Shown: positions 43,021 to 54,611, counted from the stretch's first letter. The stretch is DNA of 64,000 bases from Octopus sinensis (GCF_006345805.1 NC_043007.1:66774001-66838000); one strand, 5' to 3'. A program made the numbers and translations. The notes: generated by a model not told the origin, from the letters alone.

Positions 43021-43782
43021 TTAAAATTAAAGTAATCTATTAAGATGAAGCTATAAATAGTGAAGCCTGGACTTTGAGAAAAATAGCGGGGTGGGGTCGA
43101 ATCATAAGTTGTGAGGACTTCTTTACAATGGTCATTAACTTTGGTATATTTTTATTTGTGTCACATTAGCCCCAAGAGGTAGATATTTGTTGCAGAATTA
43201 ATTCAATGCTAGATTGTTATAGATGGATTCCTACTCTTGAAACTAACGTCTAAATGGTTGATTATTCCGCAAGCATATCTACCCTCAACACATTTCTCAA
43301 GCCGAATCGGCGTGACACAGTGTAACAAAGAGCTCCTTTGAATTACATGTACAATCCAGGGAGAAAGTGAAAGAGAGAAGAATCGATCTCATTATTGAAC
43401 TGCAGCACTTTATTTATCGACCCTAAAAGGAAGAAATACAAAATTTATATCTGTGAGATTTGAACTCAGATTTCAGAGTCTTACAGAACAAACAGAGTAA
43501 GGCATCCTATCCGATGCTCTAAAGATTATGCCAATTCGCTGTCTTAGCTGCAACAGCAAACTTGCAATCAAGCTTCATATTGAAACGCTCACAGGTTCGC
43601 TCTCTTATTCTACGTAGATTTCTGCATAGTTATTATGGGTATTGCTGTAATTTTGGGCTCCCGCAAATCAGAGGGAGATTTTACAGCTAATGCAAAGAAT
43701 CAAAATTCGGATATGAAATAATTGTGAAACTATCATTTCAAATCATTTGCCGAACAAGTGAAGTTTTTCCAATACATAAATC

Positions 43783-43846
<64 letters not shown>

Positions 43847-43861
43847 TGTGTGTGTGTGTGT

Positions 43862-43899
<38 letters not shown>

Positions 43900-45512
43900 G
43901 TTTATGTATATGTATGTATATTAGGAGTGACAGACGCCTGGTCTTTGTTACAACATCCCTTTTGGAGAAGGTTAATTCGTATATACAACTCGCTGCTCTA
44001 CAGAGCCGGATATCTTGCATTTTGCTTGTATCTGGACTTATTGGTATTGCTAGTGATATTCGTTGCAGTATTGTGCAAGCTGCACTTAACCTAAAACAAT
44101 TGCACGGGCATAGGTGACACTTCCCTGTCAGCAATGGTGATACTCGTCTAACGAGCAGACATTCTTCAAGTATGCGTGTAATAAGTTCGTTGTGGTATGT
44201 AACTCAGGTGTTTACCATATGAAGTACTACCACCCACTCTAACCAAAATGTCCAGGCCTCTCTCCCAAGAACATCGCCCCCCCCCCTCCACGGAATCTTC
44301 TCTCTACTTTTTGTTTTTTGCAGGTGTAGACATGAAACATTTAAAAGAGAACATTAAGAGCATCGCACACACTAGCCTCGGAAGGTCTACAAAAGCCATG
44401 GAGAATATCGCTTCCTCTAGTTTCAGCATGTGTAAAAAAAAAGAATTAATAATAATAATAAAGAAAGACCTCCCTTTCATTGCATCAATTTCTTGCATCC
44501 AAATTTGAACCCGCTGCAGTTTCCGCTGCTATTCACTTCAGCGAAAGATAATGAAAACTAGGTTTACCGAGTCGAAGGTAAATGTCACAAAATATCACAA
44601 CTGGATTACCGACTCATTATTTGTGAGTACGATTTCCATTTTTTTCTCTACTCAGGTAGTTGAGCTCAAGAATATTACTATGAAATGAAATCCAAAATTA
44701 AAGAAGCAAGATCACAGAGGATTACACCATGTAGTGGGGCTCAAGAAGATTACTACGATGTGTAATCCAAAATTAAACACGCAAGTTACAGTGGGTCAGA
44801 TATCATGAAAAACAAATCAAAGTTGCAATGTATCAAAATATTAAAGATCCCAAAACCCGCTATCTATTAGAGTCAGTAGCGGCTTTAGAGATATTTGGAT
44901 TTAAAACTGCATGGTTCATATATCCTACTCCAAAAGCTTGTACGCATACGCAACCTTTTTAAAAGAAGTGGTCGGCTCATCATCAGGCGGGCAGCACAAC
45001 TAAAAAATTTCAAGATAATTTTTTTGTTTAAGCGTGCCATTCAGAGAGTCTTACGGGCTCCTTTCCTAGAGATGGCTTACATTTTACTTATTTAGACAAT
45101 AATACAATTACTCCAAGGACAACTATGATATTCAATACACTGTCCACACGAACGACAAATTTTTTTCTAACTGGTTGCCAGTCACCGAGATCACAGGCTA
45201 ACACAACTGCACATATTACACATAGGTACATTTAACATACAGCATACACATAATCAATACAAACATATTGAGTAAACACATCTCACTACAATAAACACAA
45301 TACAAATACTAAATACATTATTTCAAGTTAGCGTGTTCATGTTAATATACGTAAACACAAACACACACACGCACACACACGCGCACACACATATACATAC
45401 ACACATACATACACACATACACACACACACATACATACATACATACATACATACATACATACATACATACATACATACATACATACATACATACTATATA
45501 CAATGACTTTTT

Positions 45513-45720
45513 GTTTCAGTCACTGAACAGCGGCCAAGCGGGGGCATCGTCTTGAAGAGTTTAATCGAAGAAATCGACCCCGGTATTTTTTTTTTTTTAG
45601 GTCCACAATTTATTCACTCAGCTTATTTTGCTCAACTGCACTGCTGCGAAGGCGTAAGTAGACCAATACCGGTTGTCAAGATGGGAAGACAAATACAAAC
45701 ACGAAAAGACACACACACTC
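45513..45720 (-). mobile_element. SINE family B, diverged 3' half
   Basis: TGTTTCAGTCA..GCGGCCA..AAATCGACCCC..CCGGTTGTCAAG matches the family tail. Confidence 0.6.
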
Positions 45721-45789
45721 ACGCACCACACACACACATATATGTATATATGCATGCATGTGTGTGTATATGTGTGTATATGTGATTGT

Positions 45790-45834
45790 CGTGCGCTGAT
45801 GACGGGTCAATACCCAGAAACTGCAGTCCGTGCG
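45790..45834 (+). ncRNA. Minimal type I hammerhead ribozyme with canonical core
   Basis: CGTGCG-CTGATGA-CGGGT-caat-ACCCA-GAAA-CTGCAG-TC-CGTGCG. Stem I has two GU pairs, stem II has a C-A mismatch at its first position, and stem III is palindromic. Confidence 0.75.
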
Positions 45835-45992
45835 TATTACTTAGGTTGACGAGGGAAGGATGACCTCCCTTTGCAAATACCGAAAGGTCACAGAAAATGT
45901 GCCTATAGCCAGCTGGAGGAAATGTTCTCCTGGAGCTACAAGCTAGAGTAACACCCACCCTTAGTGGTTAGCCATATTGGGATGGCAAATAT
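45790..45992 (+). mobile_element. Dispersed copy of the HHR repeat family
   Basis: Colinear similarity to 52646-52850 (TGACCTCCCTT, TAGC..AGG..CTC.TGGAGCTA, GCCATATT...ATGGC) and to the reverse complement of 62248-62381. Confidence 0.7.
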
Positions 45993-46015
45993 ACCTCACA
46001 CACACACACACACAC

Positions 46016-46066
<51 letters not shown>

Positions 46067-46067
<1 letters not shown>

Positions 46068-46304
46068 CTCTTTTACTTGTTTCTGCCATTTGACTGCGGC
46101 CATGCTGGAGCACCGCATTTAGTCGAGCAAATCGACCACAGGACTTATTCTTTGTAAGCCTAGTACTTATTCTATTGGTCTCTTTTGCCGAACCGCTAAG
46201 TTATGGGGACGTAAACACACCAGCATCGGTTGTTAAGCGATGTTCGGGGGACAAACACAGACACACAAACACATACACACACACACACACACACATACAC
46301 ACAT

Positions 46305-46363
<59 letters not shown>

Positions 46364-46542
46364 TATATATATACATATATACGACGGGCTTCTTTCAGTT
46401 TCCGTCTACAAAATCCACTCACAAGGCTTTGGTCGGCCCGAGGCTATAGTTGAAGACACTTGCCAAAGGTGCCACGCAGTGGGACTGAACCCGGAACCAT
46501 GTGGTTGGTAAGAAGCTACTTACCACACAGCCACTCCTGCGC
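46067..46542 (-). mobile_element. Near full-length tRNA-derived SINE (family B) with internal (TA)/(CA) microsatellite
   Basis: Minus-strand head TGGCTGTGTGGT (A-box) ..GGTTCAGTCCC (B-box); body GGCAAGTGTCTTC..GACCAAAGCCTTGTGAGTGGATTT; tail GAAACAAGTAAAAGAGT; several homologues in the window. Confidence 0.85.
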
Positions 46543-46652
46543 ATATATGTGTGTGTGTGTGTGTGTGTATGAGTGTGTATAAATATTTTTTTTATTTTAT
46601 TTTATTTTATCTAGTTTCAGCTCACGAGCTGTGGCCATGCTGAGGCACCGCC

Positions 46653-47343
46653 CATATATAGAGAGATTTATAATAGTATAAAATACAATTATAATCAAGG
46701 GCATAGAAGAGATTATGTCTATGCTGGAAATAGATGCTAAATCGTCAAACCACTTAAAATTATTACTTTTATAGTACACACGTGTTGAAATCGAGGGAGC
46801 AGGTTCGCAGAAATTCATAAAATAGTCAGCCGTGGGTCAATCAATTTTTGGATTAGTCTAATAACATTTCCTCATCAGCAAGGTATACTGAGGAAAGTAA
46901 ATAAGATATTTATACATACTCACAGGGAAGCAAAAGCAAAGCAGCGATTACTTACAAATACCACAAATATATCCGCATTTGAATTTCGTAGTCTACCTCA
47001 GCGCGTGTGTATTTGATCTGAGTAGTATAAAAGTGATTAGACTGTCCCGGAGTGAATGGAAAATATTCAATTATAATAATAAAGGATAAATATCTCATTT
47101 ATTTCCCTCAGTATGCCTTGCTGATAAGGAAAAGTTATTAGACTAAACCAAAATTGATTGACCCACGGCTAATTATTTTATGAATTTCTGTGAACCTACT
47201 CCCTCGATTTCAATACGTGTGTACTATAAAAATAATAATTTTAAGTGATTTGACGATTTAGCATCTATTTTCAGCATAGGTATGGTCTCTTCTATGCCAT
47301 TAATTATAATTGTATTTTATACTATCATAAATCTCTATATATG
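46653..47343. repeat. Long imperfect inverted repeat (~260-bp arms, ~170-bp spacer)
   Basis: 46653-46913 is the reverse complement of 47086-47343 with scattered, mostly transition, mismatches. Confidence 0.92.
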
Positions 47344-48049
47344 AATTCACCTTAATAAGTGGCCAGCATATAATATAAGTCTACATTATGTGCTGGCCAC
47401 TGATAAAATCTTCAACGATTTTATCCTTCATTATAATAATTAAATATATATGTATGTGTGTGTGTGTGTATACATATACATATTTATGTATGTTTGCATA
47501 TATGTATGTATATACATGTATGTATTGCGTAACTGTATATGTATGAACACAGTATCTATTAATGTATGCATGTGTATATGTATATCATGGCTATTTCGTC
47601 CATGAATGAAATACATACAATGCATAGCTAACCTAAAAAGATGAATGTAAATCACAAATTTGGTTCTAAATTATATCTTTCATTCTTATAAGAAAGAGAC
47701 AGAAGGAGAGAAGATAGAAGAGAGAAGGGCAGATAGTACACACGTTATATGTGTATTCTAATACTATTATATAGCTTTGATTTTTGAAAGAACATACTTT
47801 AGTTTTTAAGTACGATTCCTCGCATCAGGAATCAGCAATGATCCGACATGCTTCTTTTATTATGTGTAGTTGGTGACATGGCAGACATTTTGTTCAACGC
47901 ATTTCAGTTCATTTGTGTTCAAATCTGATTTAACCAATTTTTCCACACGAAACTGACTACGAAATACTACTTCCCACGCATAAACATGTATTAACCCATT
48001 ACCATTCAGAATACTCTCTCTAATGTAATACTTACTTATTCACAGTTAT

Positions 48050-48790
48050 GAATTGACCAAGCCTTATCTCGTAACTTAAAATGAGATTGTATGGTAGACG
48101 TGAGAGGCCAGATTTGTTCGGTTTTAATATAAAAGCAGGTATAGGATCGATGGCTTCGATAGCAGAGCCCTGAGAACCATCGAGAACATCAGATGATACC
48201 TTCACGTTTCCAGCAAAGAATTGCGTGCGCGCACGCATCAGACCGCACGCTCCCACCTCATAACTATTCATTGCATGCGCTGATGGGGTCATATCTTCCG
48301 TCTTCCTCTAGATCATCCAGGGTTTTACTCTCGTTCAACACAACAACTACGGGCTGGAAGCGGCCTCGTAGCAGGCCCCGTATCATACGGTGAGACATAA
48401 TTGGGAAAGATCTCCAAAGGCTCGACGACACCTTGAAGGATGTTGAGGGGCTGGCATGGAACTGTCATTGATGGTGAGCACTGGTGGATCTGGTCAGCTC
48501 TATGCATGATGACGTCCTGAGACCGCTAACCTGGGATGATCCCAGTCCCATCAAGCAAGAGCACGAAGCAAGCAAGCAAGAATATTTGGGCCAAATATAG
48601 CCAACTTCAAATGCTATACTCCCGTTCAATGGCCACCAACATATTTGTCTCACCTTCGTCCTGTTTCCTTCAGCTTAAATCACGTTACACTTTTTTACCC
48701 AATATCTTGTTAACATCGCTAACCGCTGTCATGACCGGCCGGGCAATGATCAACACTATGCAATAAGTGTTTATTGAGCATAGTCCTGTG
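48050..48790 (-). mobile_element. Highly decayed non-LTR retrotransposon fragment, restriction-like endonuclease type (HERO/NeSL/R2-like)
   Basis: Minus-strand remnants PLNGSIAFEVGYIWPKYSCL (compare HILNGC..L..GRYTWRHNSVL) and downstream YEVGACG (compare EVG[AC]RG) in the expected order. Confidence 0.45.
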
Positions 48791-49371
48791 TTTCTGTATC
48801 ACAAAGATACACGTAAACAACATATGTATATGTATATGCTATAGGTCAAGCTACGCATTCGATTATCTTTGATCGATTGAAAATGCTATAACATTGAACA
48901 CATGGGTGATTATCTGAAAAAAAACCCCATTAATCAATAGAATATTTAATAAATCTTGGTGCAAACAACTTAAGACAGCTCTCGACATTAAATCTACAGT
49001 TTAATATTTTTAATATTTTTTCTATATATAACGACATAAAAAGCAACATTAATATATTAATAATATATAATATTCAATATGCGTGTGTGTGTGCGTGCGC
49101 GAGTTTGTGTGTATGTGTGCTTGTGTGTGTGTGTATGATATTTTAAAACGTGATATTTTAAGATGATTCAATGTGTACCTGAACCATATATTAAATCATT
49201 TCAAAATATCACGTTTTCGTTTAACTTCATTTTTACATCATAAAAACGAATTGATGCCGAGCAAACGGGAAGTTAAATGCTTCTTATACTCAAAGGTATT
49301 GAGTGATCATTCATTTTAGTGCGGCTTTTTTTATATATGTAACTCGACATGAAAGAAAACATTAATATATA

Positions 49372-50845
49372 CTAGCGGAACCCGTAAACATTTCACGGAA
49401 TTAATGGTAAACCTATTGGGTTATTTCTGAAAACTTTATCCAAAACCCTGAAAGCGTAGTCTGTGTTGTGTTTGTATGGAAAGATTGTCACTCATCTGCT
49501 ACTCATTGAAAAATGTAATTTATACAGAAAATGTAAGCATAAATAAAAGTCGACTTCATTATATTTTTTCTGTAAAAACCTATTCTGATATTAAATGAGT
49601 CAACTTCCGGTACAAATGTTTACAGTTGTACGTCATTTTCAACAAAAAATTTCAATTTGTTACCTGTATGAAGTACATATGTATTTTAACAATTTCTACC
49701 AAATACACTCTCTTTCTTGAGCATAAGAAGTCCTTTTCCCGGGTGACAATAATTTATATGTCAAATTGTTGCACAAGATCTTGCTGTTTTGATAAGGAAA
49801 ATCAGAAAGGTTTGAAATGATTTCATCGACATTTACCTGTACCAAAGAGCACTCTGTTGATAGACAAAATGTTGATCTCATAAATGTCGCGTGGTGGAAA
49901 TAAATGCAAACACCAAACTTTCAATTCATTATTTCGTTTTATTTTTTTCATTTCAATTTGTACATCTGTACTCCCGACTGCGTACAAGCGCATATGTTAA
50001 ACGACGTCCTTTGTTTTATAATCATTATCTGCTGATATCAAAATAAGTAGTACATTTAAAAATAAAAATATTTTCTGGGGTGGGGGACATTTGTGACTCC
50101 AAGGGTCAAAAGGGGTCCTTTGGCCAAAATGGGCTGAGAATCTTTGGCGTACAGTGTTTTTAGTCGATTTAATCACTGTCGTATGTAGACAGTCGAAATA
50201 AATAAATAAATAGACAAAATCCTTTCAGTTTTATAATATTTTCTAACTGAAACACTCAAACAATACACACCAATACACATAAAATATAGACAGTAATAAT
50301 ACACAATTACAACATATAAATGAATATTTTTTTAATGTGAAAATAACTAAAACATATTATGTAAAGCAAATATACGACCATATAGATTAAAAAATATGGT
50401 AAACAGTCGAAATAAATAGACAAAATCCTTTCACTTTTATAATATTATCTACAACCAAAACACTCAACACACACCAATATACATATAAAAAGTATATAGA
50501 AAATAAATAATATACAATTACAACATATACATAAATAATAAATAAAAAATTTGAAAACCACTAATAAATAATCTCTAATTCTAATATACGACCATATAGA
50601 TTTAAAAAGTATGGAAGACTACATACAAAAAACTATGTACATACAACGAATTAGAGAAAAACCCGTATAAACCACCGTTTTTCCAGGTTTGTCCATTTAC
50701 GCGGGAGCTCTGGGCAAAATGCTATAATGCATGACCATCCTTGAGACATAAGTAATGTATGTGTAAAGTTTGGTGAAAATTGGTTGAGAATTGTGTAAAT
50801 GTATGCGTTACGCAATATACACACACATACTGTGATTTATACAGA
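49372..50845 (-). mobile_element. Non-autonomous Helitron
   Basis: Minus strand starts A|TCTGTATAAATC at 50845 and ends CCGTGAA-atg-TTTACGG (hairpin)..GTTCCG-CTAG|T at 49372. TC...hairpin...CTAG inserted between A and T is the Helitron signature. Confidence 0.7.
50188..50615 (+). repeat. Diverged ~215-bp direct duplication inside the Helitron
   Basis: ACAGTCGAAATAAATA..GACAAAATCCTTTCA.TTTTATAATATT at ~50188 and ~50403; both units end AATATACGACCATATAGATT. Confidence 0.8.
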
Positions 50846-51318
50846 TATGCAAACTTCTTAACAGTTCAAATATGCTTAAGGCATATTCGAACCCGTAAGA
50901 AAGCCATTCACTGGATAGTAAGAGCATTCTTGATCTCTACATGACTACAACTAGTATCCTTTTATCTCCTAATATAATTCCCCTAGTATGATAGATAATA
51001 ACAACTGAACATTACAGTCTTAGACTGACCACGTCTATAAAAAGCCCGTATGAAATTTCAACACAATGGCTGGAGAATATCTTACCTATATACAACGCTA
51101 ATATGGTAATGTGTGTTGACCTGACTACAAACACAAATGTTTTAGGACTGTCCCTCTTCCAAATTTGGCAATGCTCCTGATTTTAGTGACTCTTATACCA
51201 TCCTCTTACCTACTTCCACCCTGTTGTCTATTCTATTAACATATTTCCATCTTCTCTCCCCCGCCTTCTTCCCCATACAATAACCATTACTTCAGTGCGC
51301 TGATTGTTATAACCAGAA

Positions 51319-51354
<36 letters not shown>

Positions 51355-51356
51355 CA

Positions 51357-51562
51357 AAATGTGACCTCGTGTGTACCGTTGGCGATTTTATTTCCTCTGT
51401 CTTCCTTTCTCTGGATCTTTCCTTCTCCTACGTTTCCGACGAAGAGCTCCGCTCGAAACGTTTAACCCTCCTTCTTTCCTTCTTTCCTGAGCGTCCAATA
51501 ATACTATATGTGTTCCACGTCCTCGCGTTGTTGTGTTTTTTTGTGTTTTTCTTTTTGGATTA

Positions 51563-51568
<6 letters not shown>
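51357..51568 (+). mobile_element. Penelope-like terminal repeat fragment with degenerate hammerhead-like motif
   Basis: GTTT-CCGACGA-A-GAGC-tcc-GCTC-GAAA-CG-TT-TAAC at 51432-51466; between (TA)n tracts; related to 62463-62587. Confidence 0.5.
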
Positions 51569-51613
<45 letters not shown>

Positions 51614-51834
51614 GAAATATTAAAATTACTAAGTCTCTCTAAAAGAGATCACGGCAGCATTCTGGAAAATAAAGTTATCGCCATACTAATATGGATTCTT
51701 ATAAAAATAAGAATAAAGCTGTCCGCTTATTAGCTCCATGAGGCCATCGCCTTAAGTTAGCTATTTGATACCAAACTGTATCCATATAACCTTCGAACAA
51801 GGGAGGTCAGTCGCTCCACACTACTTGATCGACA

Positions 51835-51876
51835 GCTACAGACGCGTTTCGGGGTATTGCCCCTTTTCAATGTAGC
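51835..51876 (-). ncRNA. Minimal type I hammerhead ribozyme, U3:A8 core variant (array copy 1)
   Basis: Exact reverse complement of 52646-52687. Confidence 0.85.
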
Positions 51877-52197
51877 GTAGTCAGACCAGTAGGTGTCGCT
51901 TCCGACAATCTCTGTTCGAAGGTTTTATTTACCTAGTTTCAGTGGAATACATCCACTTGTTTTTCATAAATAGAAATATTAAAATTACTAAGTCTCTCTA
52001 AAAGAGATCACGGCAGCGTTCCTGGAAAATAATAGTTATCGCCATACTAATATGGCATTCTTATAAAAATAAGAATAAAGCTGTCCGCTTATTAGCTCCA
52101 TGAGGCCATCGCCTTAAGTTAGCTATTTGATACACAAACTGTATCCATATAACCTTCGAACAAGGGAGGTCAGTCGCTCCACACTACTTGATCGACA

Positions 52198-52239
52198 GCT
52201 ACAGACGCGTTTCGGGGTATTGCCCCTTTTCAATGTAGC
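52198..52239 (-). ncRNA. Minimal type I hammerhead ribozyme, U3:A8 core variant (array copy 2)
   Basis: Exact reverse complement of 52646-52687, 363 bp from copy 1. Confidence 0.85.
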
Positions 52240-52645
52240 GTAGTCAGACCAGTAGGTGTCGCTTCCGACAATCTCTGTTCGAAGGTTTTATTTACCTAGT
52301 TTCAGTGGAATACATCCACTTGTTTTCAATAATAGAAATATTAAAATTACTAAGTCTCTCTAAAAGAGATCACGGCAGCGTTCCTGGAAAATAATAGTTA
52401 TCGCCATACTAATATGGCATTCTTATAAAAATAAGAATAAAGCTGTCCGCTTATTAGCTCCATGAGGCCATCGCCTTTGGTTAGCTATTTGATACACAAA
52501 CTGTATCCATATAACCTTCTTTTAGAGAGACTTAGTAATTTTAATATTTCTATTATTGAAAACAAGTGGATGTATTCCATTGAAACTAGGTAAATAAAAC
52601 CTTCGAACAGAGATTGTCGGAAGCGACACCTACTGGTCTGACTAC

Positions 52646-52687
52646 GCTACATTGAAAAGGGGCAATACCCCGAAACGCGTCTGTAGC
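52646..52687 (+). ncRNA. Minimal type I hammerhead ribozyme, U3:A8 core variant
   Basis: GCTACA-TTGAAAA-GGGG-caata-CCCC-GAAA-CGCG-TC-TGTAGC gives a 6-bp stem I, 4-bp stem II, palindromic stem III and GUC cleavage triplet (cut after 52681). Confidence 0.85.
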
Positions 52688-52852
52688 TGTCGATCAAGTA
52701 GTGTGGAGCGACTGACCTCCCTTGTTCGAAGGTTATATGGATACAGTTTGTGTATCAAATAGCTAACTTAAGGCGATGGCCTCATGGAGCTAATAAGCGG
52801 ACAGCTTTATTCTTATTTTATAAGAATGCCATATTAGTATGGCGATAACTAT

Positions 52853-52886
<34 letters not shown>

Positions 52887-52896
52887 TATATATAAT

Positions 52897-52948
<52 letters not shown>

Positions 52949-53274
52949 ATATTATATATTATATAAAAGACAAAAACAGACCAGACCGACAGACAGACAG
53001 AAAGAAAGAAAAGAATTGAACTGCATATGTAACCATTATGTTCCGGTGATTTGAAGAGTTGTGTTTCTTTTGCATTAATTTGTGTATTGTATACGTATTG
53101 AGCATACATATTGATGCAAACAAATTCGTATAATTGTTTACACTCTGAAATTAAAATTATATGATGAAGTTTACGAAACACCGGTAACCATATGGAAGTC
53201 ATGAATAAATGCATCTGTCTTCACCACTCACATCTTCTGACTTTAGGATTAAGAGTAATTTTCACTGAAATACA

Positions 53275-53942
53275 AGCTTGGGCTGTAAAGTTCATAGACT
53301 GACTATGAAAGAATTATGCTTGAGCTGTGAAATTTTGTATGGTAAAATAACGTCTGACTGTTCAAAGAAGGCTTCAAATATAACTGTCTTCTGAAAATGG
53401 GACAAAATTTGGTATCGTAGTGTTATCAAGTACCCGCAGAAAAATGATTTAGGCCACAAGGACAGTTATGCTGTCTTGGTTGCTACATTAGATGAAGCTC
53501 TAAACTTTATCAACAGTACAAAAGTGGGCAACTGAATTTAGGAGGAGAAGGGAGTGTTTTGAAGATGACCCAAGATTTGCACGTTCTGCAACTACCACCA
53601 CTGAGGAAAACATTGATCGTGTTCACCACAAGGTGATGGATGATAAGTGATTGCCTATAAATCAAACAGCCAAAGCTATTAGCATATCCCGTGAGAGAGT
53701 TGAGAATATTCTGCACAATGAACTTGGCATGACGAAGGGTTCTGCTCGGGGGATACCACAACTTCTGACACCTGATCAAAAGCGCATCAGTCTGATAACA
53801 TCAAGGAAAAATCTGATATTGTTTGAGGCAGATCCAGCTGGTTTCCTTGAATGTTTTCTAAGACAGGCTCAAAGTCGGCTTCATCAATTTAAGCCAGAGA
53901 GAAAGAAATAATCTATGCAGGGGAAACACCCTTCCTTACCTG
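53275..53942 (+). mobile_element. Decayed mariner transposase, 5' half
   Basis: Remnants KWATEFRRRRECFEDDPR..TTEENIDRVH and ISISRERVENILHNELGMTKGSARGIPQLLTPDQK (WVPHEL-like motif), with stops and frameshifts. Confidence 0.8.
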
Positions 53943-54055
53943 TAGAGTGTTTCCAAAGATCCCAATATATTCCGGTTGAGAATGAAAAGGCGAGTGATTA
54001 GAGAGTTTGGTAAGTATGAAAGCTAGCTTTGTCTATCTGTCTGATTATCTGTCTG

Positions 54056-54123
<68 letters not shown>

Positions 54124-54129
54124 CCTACC

Positions 54130-54193
<64 letters not shown>

Positions 54194-54308
54194 CTTTGAG
54201 TACCAATGTGTTTGCAGACCCTTTGCCTCATAAAAGCATTCATGGCTTGACGTCTCGAACGAAGATACGGTGGGGTGGTCTGCGTCAACTCAGTGTGCGA
54301 GTGTATGC

Positions 54309-54340
<32 letters not shown>

Positions 54341-54558
54341 GCACACACTCTCTCACACACATATATATGTATATACATATATTAGTCTCTGAGTCTTAAT
54401 TTCTTTCTCTCTTTCTCCTCTTCCTCTCTCCATCCTGCACTCGTCCTTTCTCTCAGACTTCTCTCTTCATTTGCACTCTCTCTTTCCCTCTCACTCTCTC
54501 CCTCCCTCCATTTTCCTCTCTCTCATTCCCTATTTCTATGTATGTGTAGATGTGTATA

Positions 54559-54611
<53 letters not shown>

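Larger units (their letters stand above)
51611..52853. mobile_element. Hammerhead-containing ~360-bp tandem array (2.5 units) followed by one inverted near-full unit; retrozyme-like or non-autonomous Penelope-like element
   Basis: Unit start ATAGAAATATTAAAATTACTAAGTCTCTC recurs at 51611, 51970 and 52332. The third unit stops at ~52519, and 52518-52853 is the reverse complement of the unit. Both flanks are (TA)n. Confidence 0.85.

Noticed and set aside
43925-44200. Possible PLE GIY-YIG remnant (CNC..LCRAASCIYELT) on the minus strand
   Set aside because: Similarity is too weak and the YIG motif is absent.
44664-44795. 75-bp two-copy diverged tandem repeat
   Set aside because: An ordinary local duplication with no further structure seen.
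46470-46542. tRNA gene
   Set aside because: The A/B boxes belong to a SINE head and continue into SINE body sequence; no convincing cloverleaf.
46820-46890. Hammerhead in the foldback arm
   Set aside because: GAAA is replaced by AAAA and no stem I partner is present; kept only as a remark in the foldback finding.
51611-52853. CRISPR-like array
   Set aside because: Units are ~360 bp and wholly repeated with no unique spacers; the context is eukaryotic and no cas genes are present.
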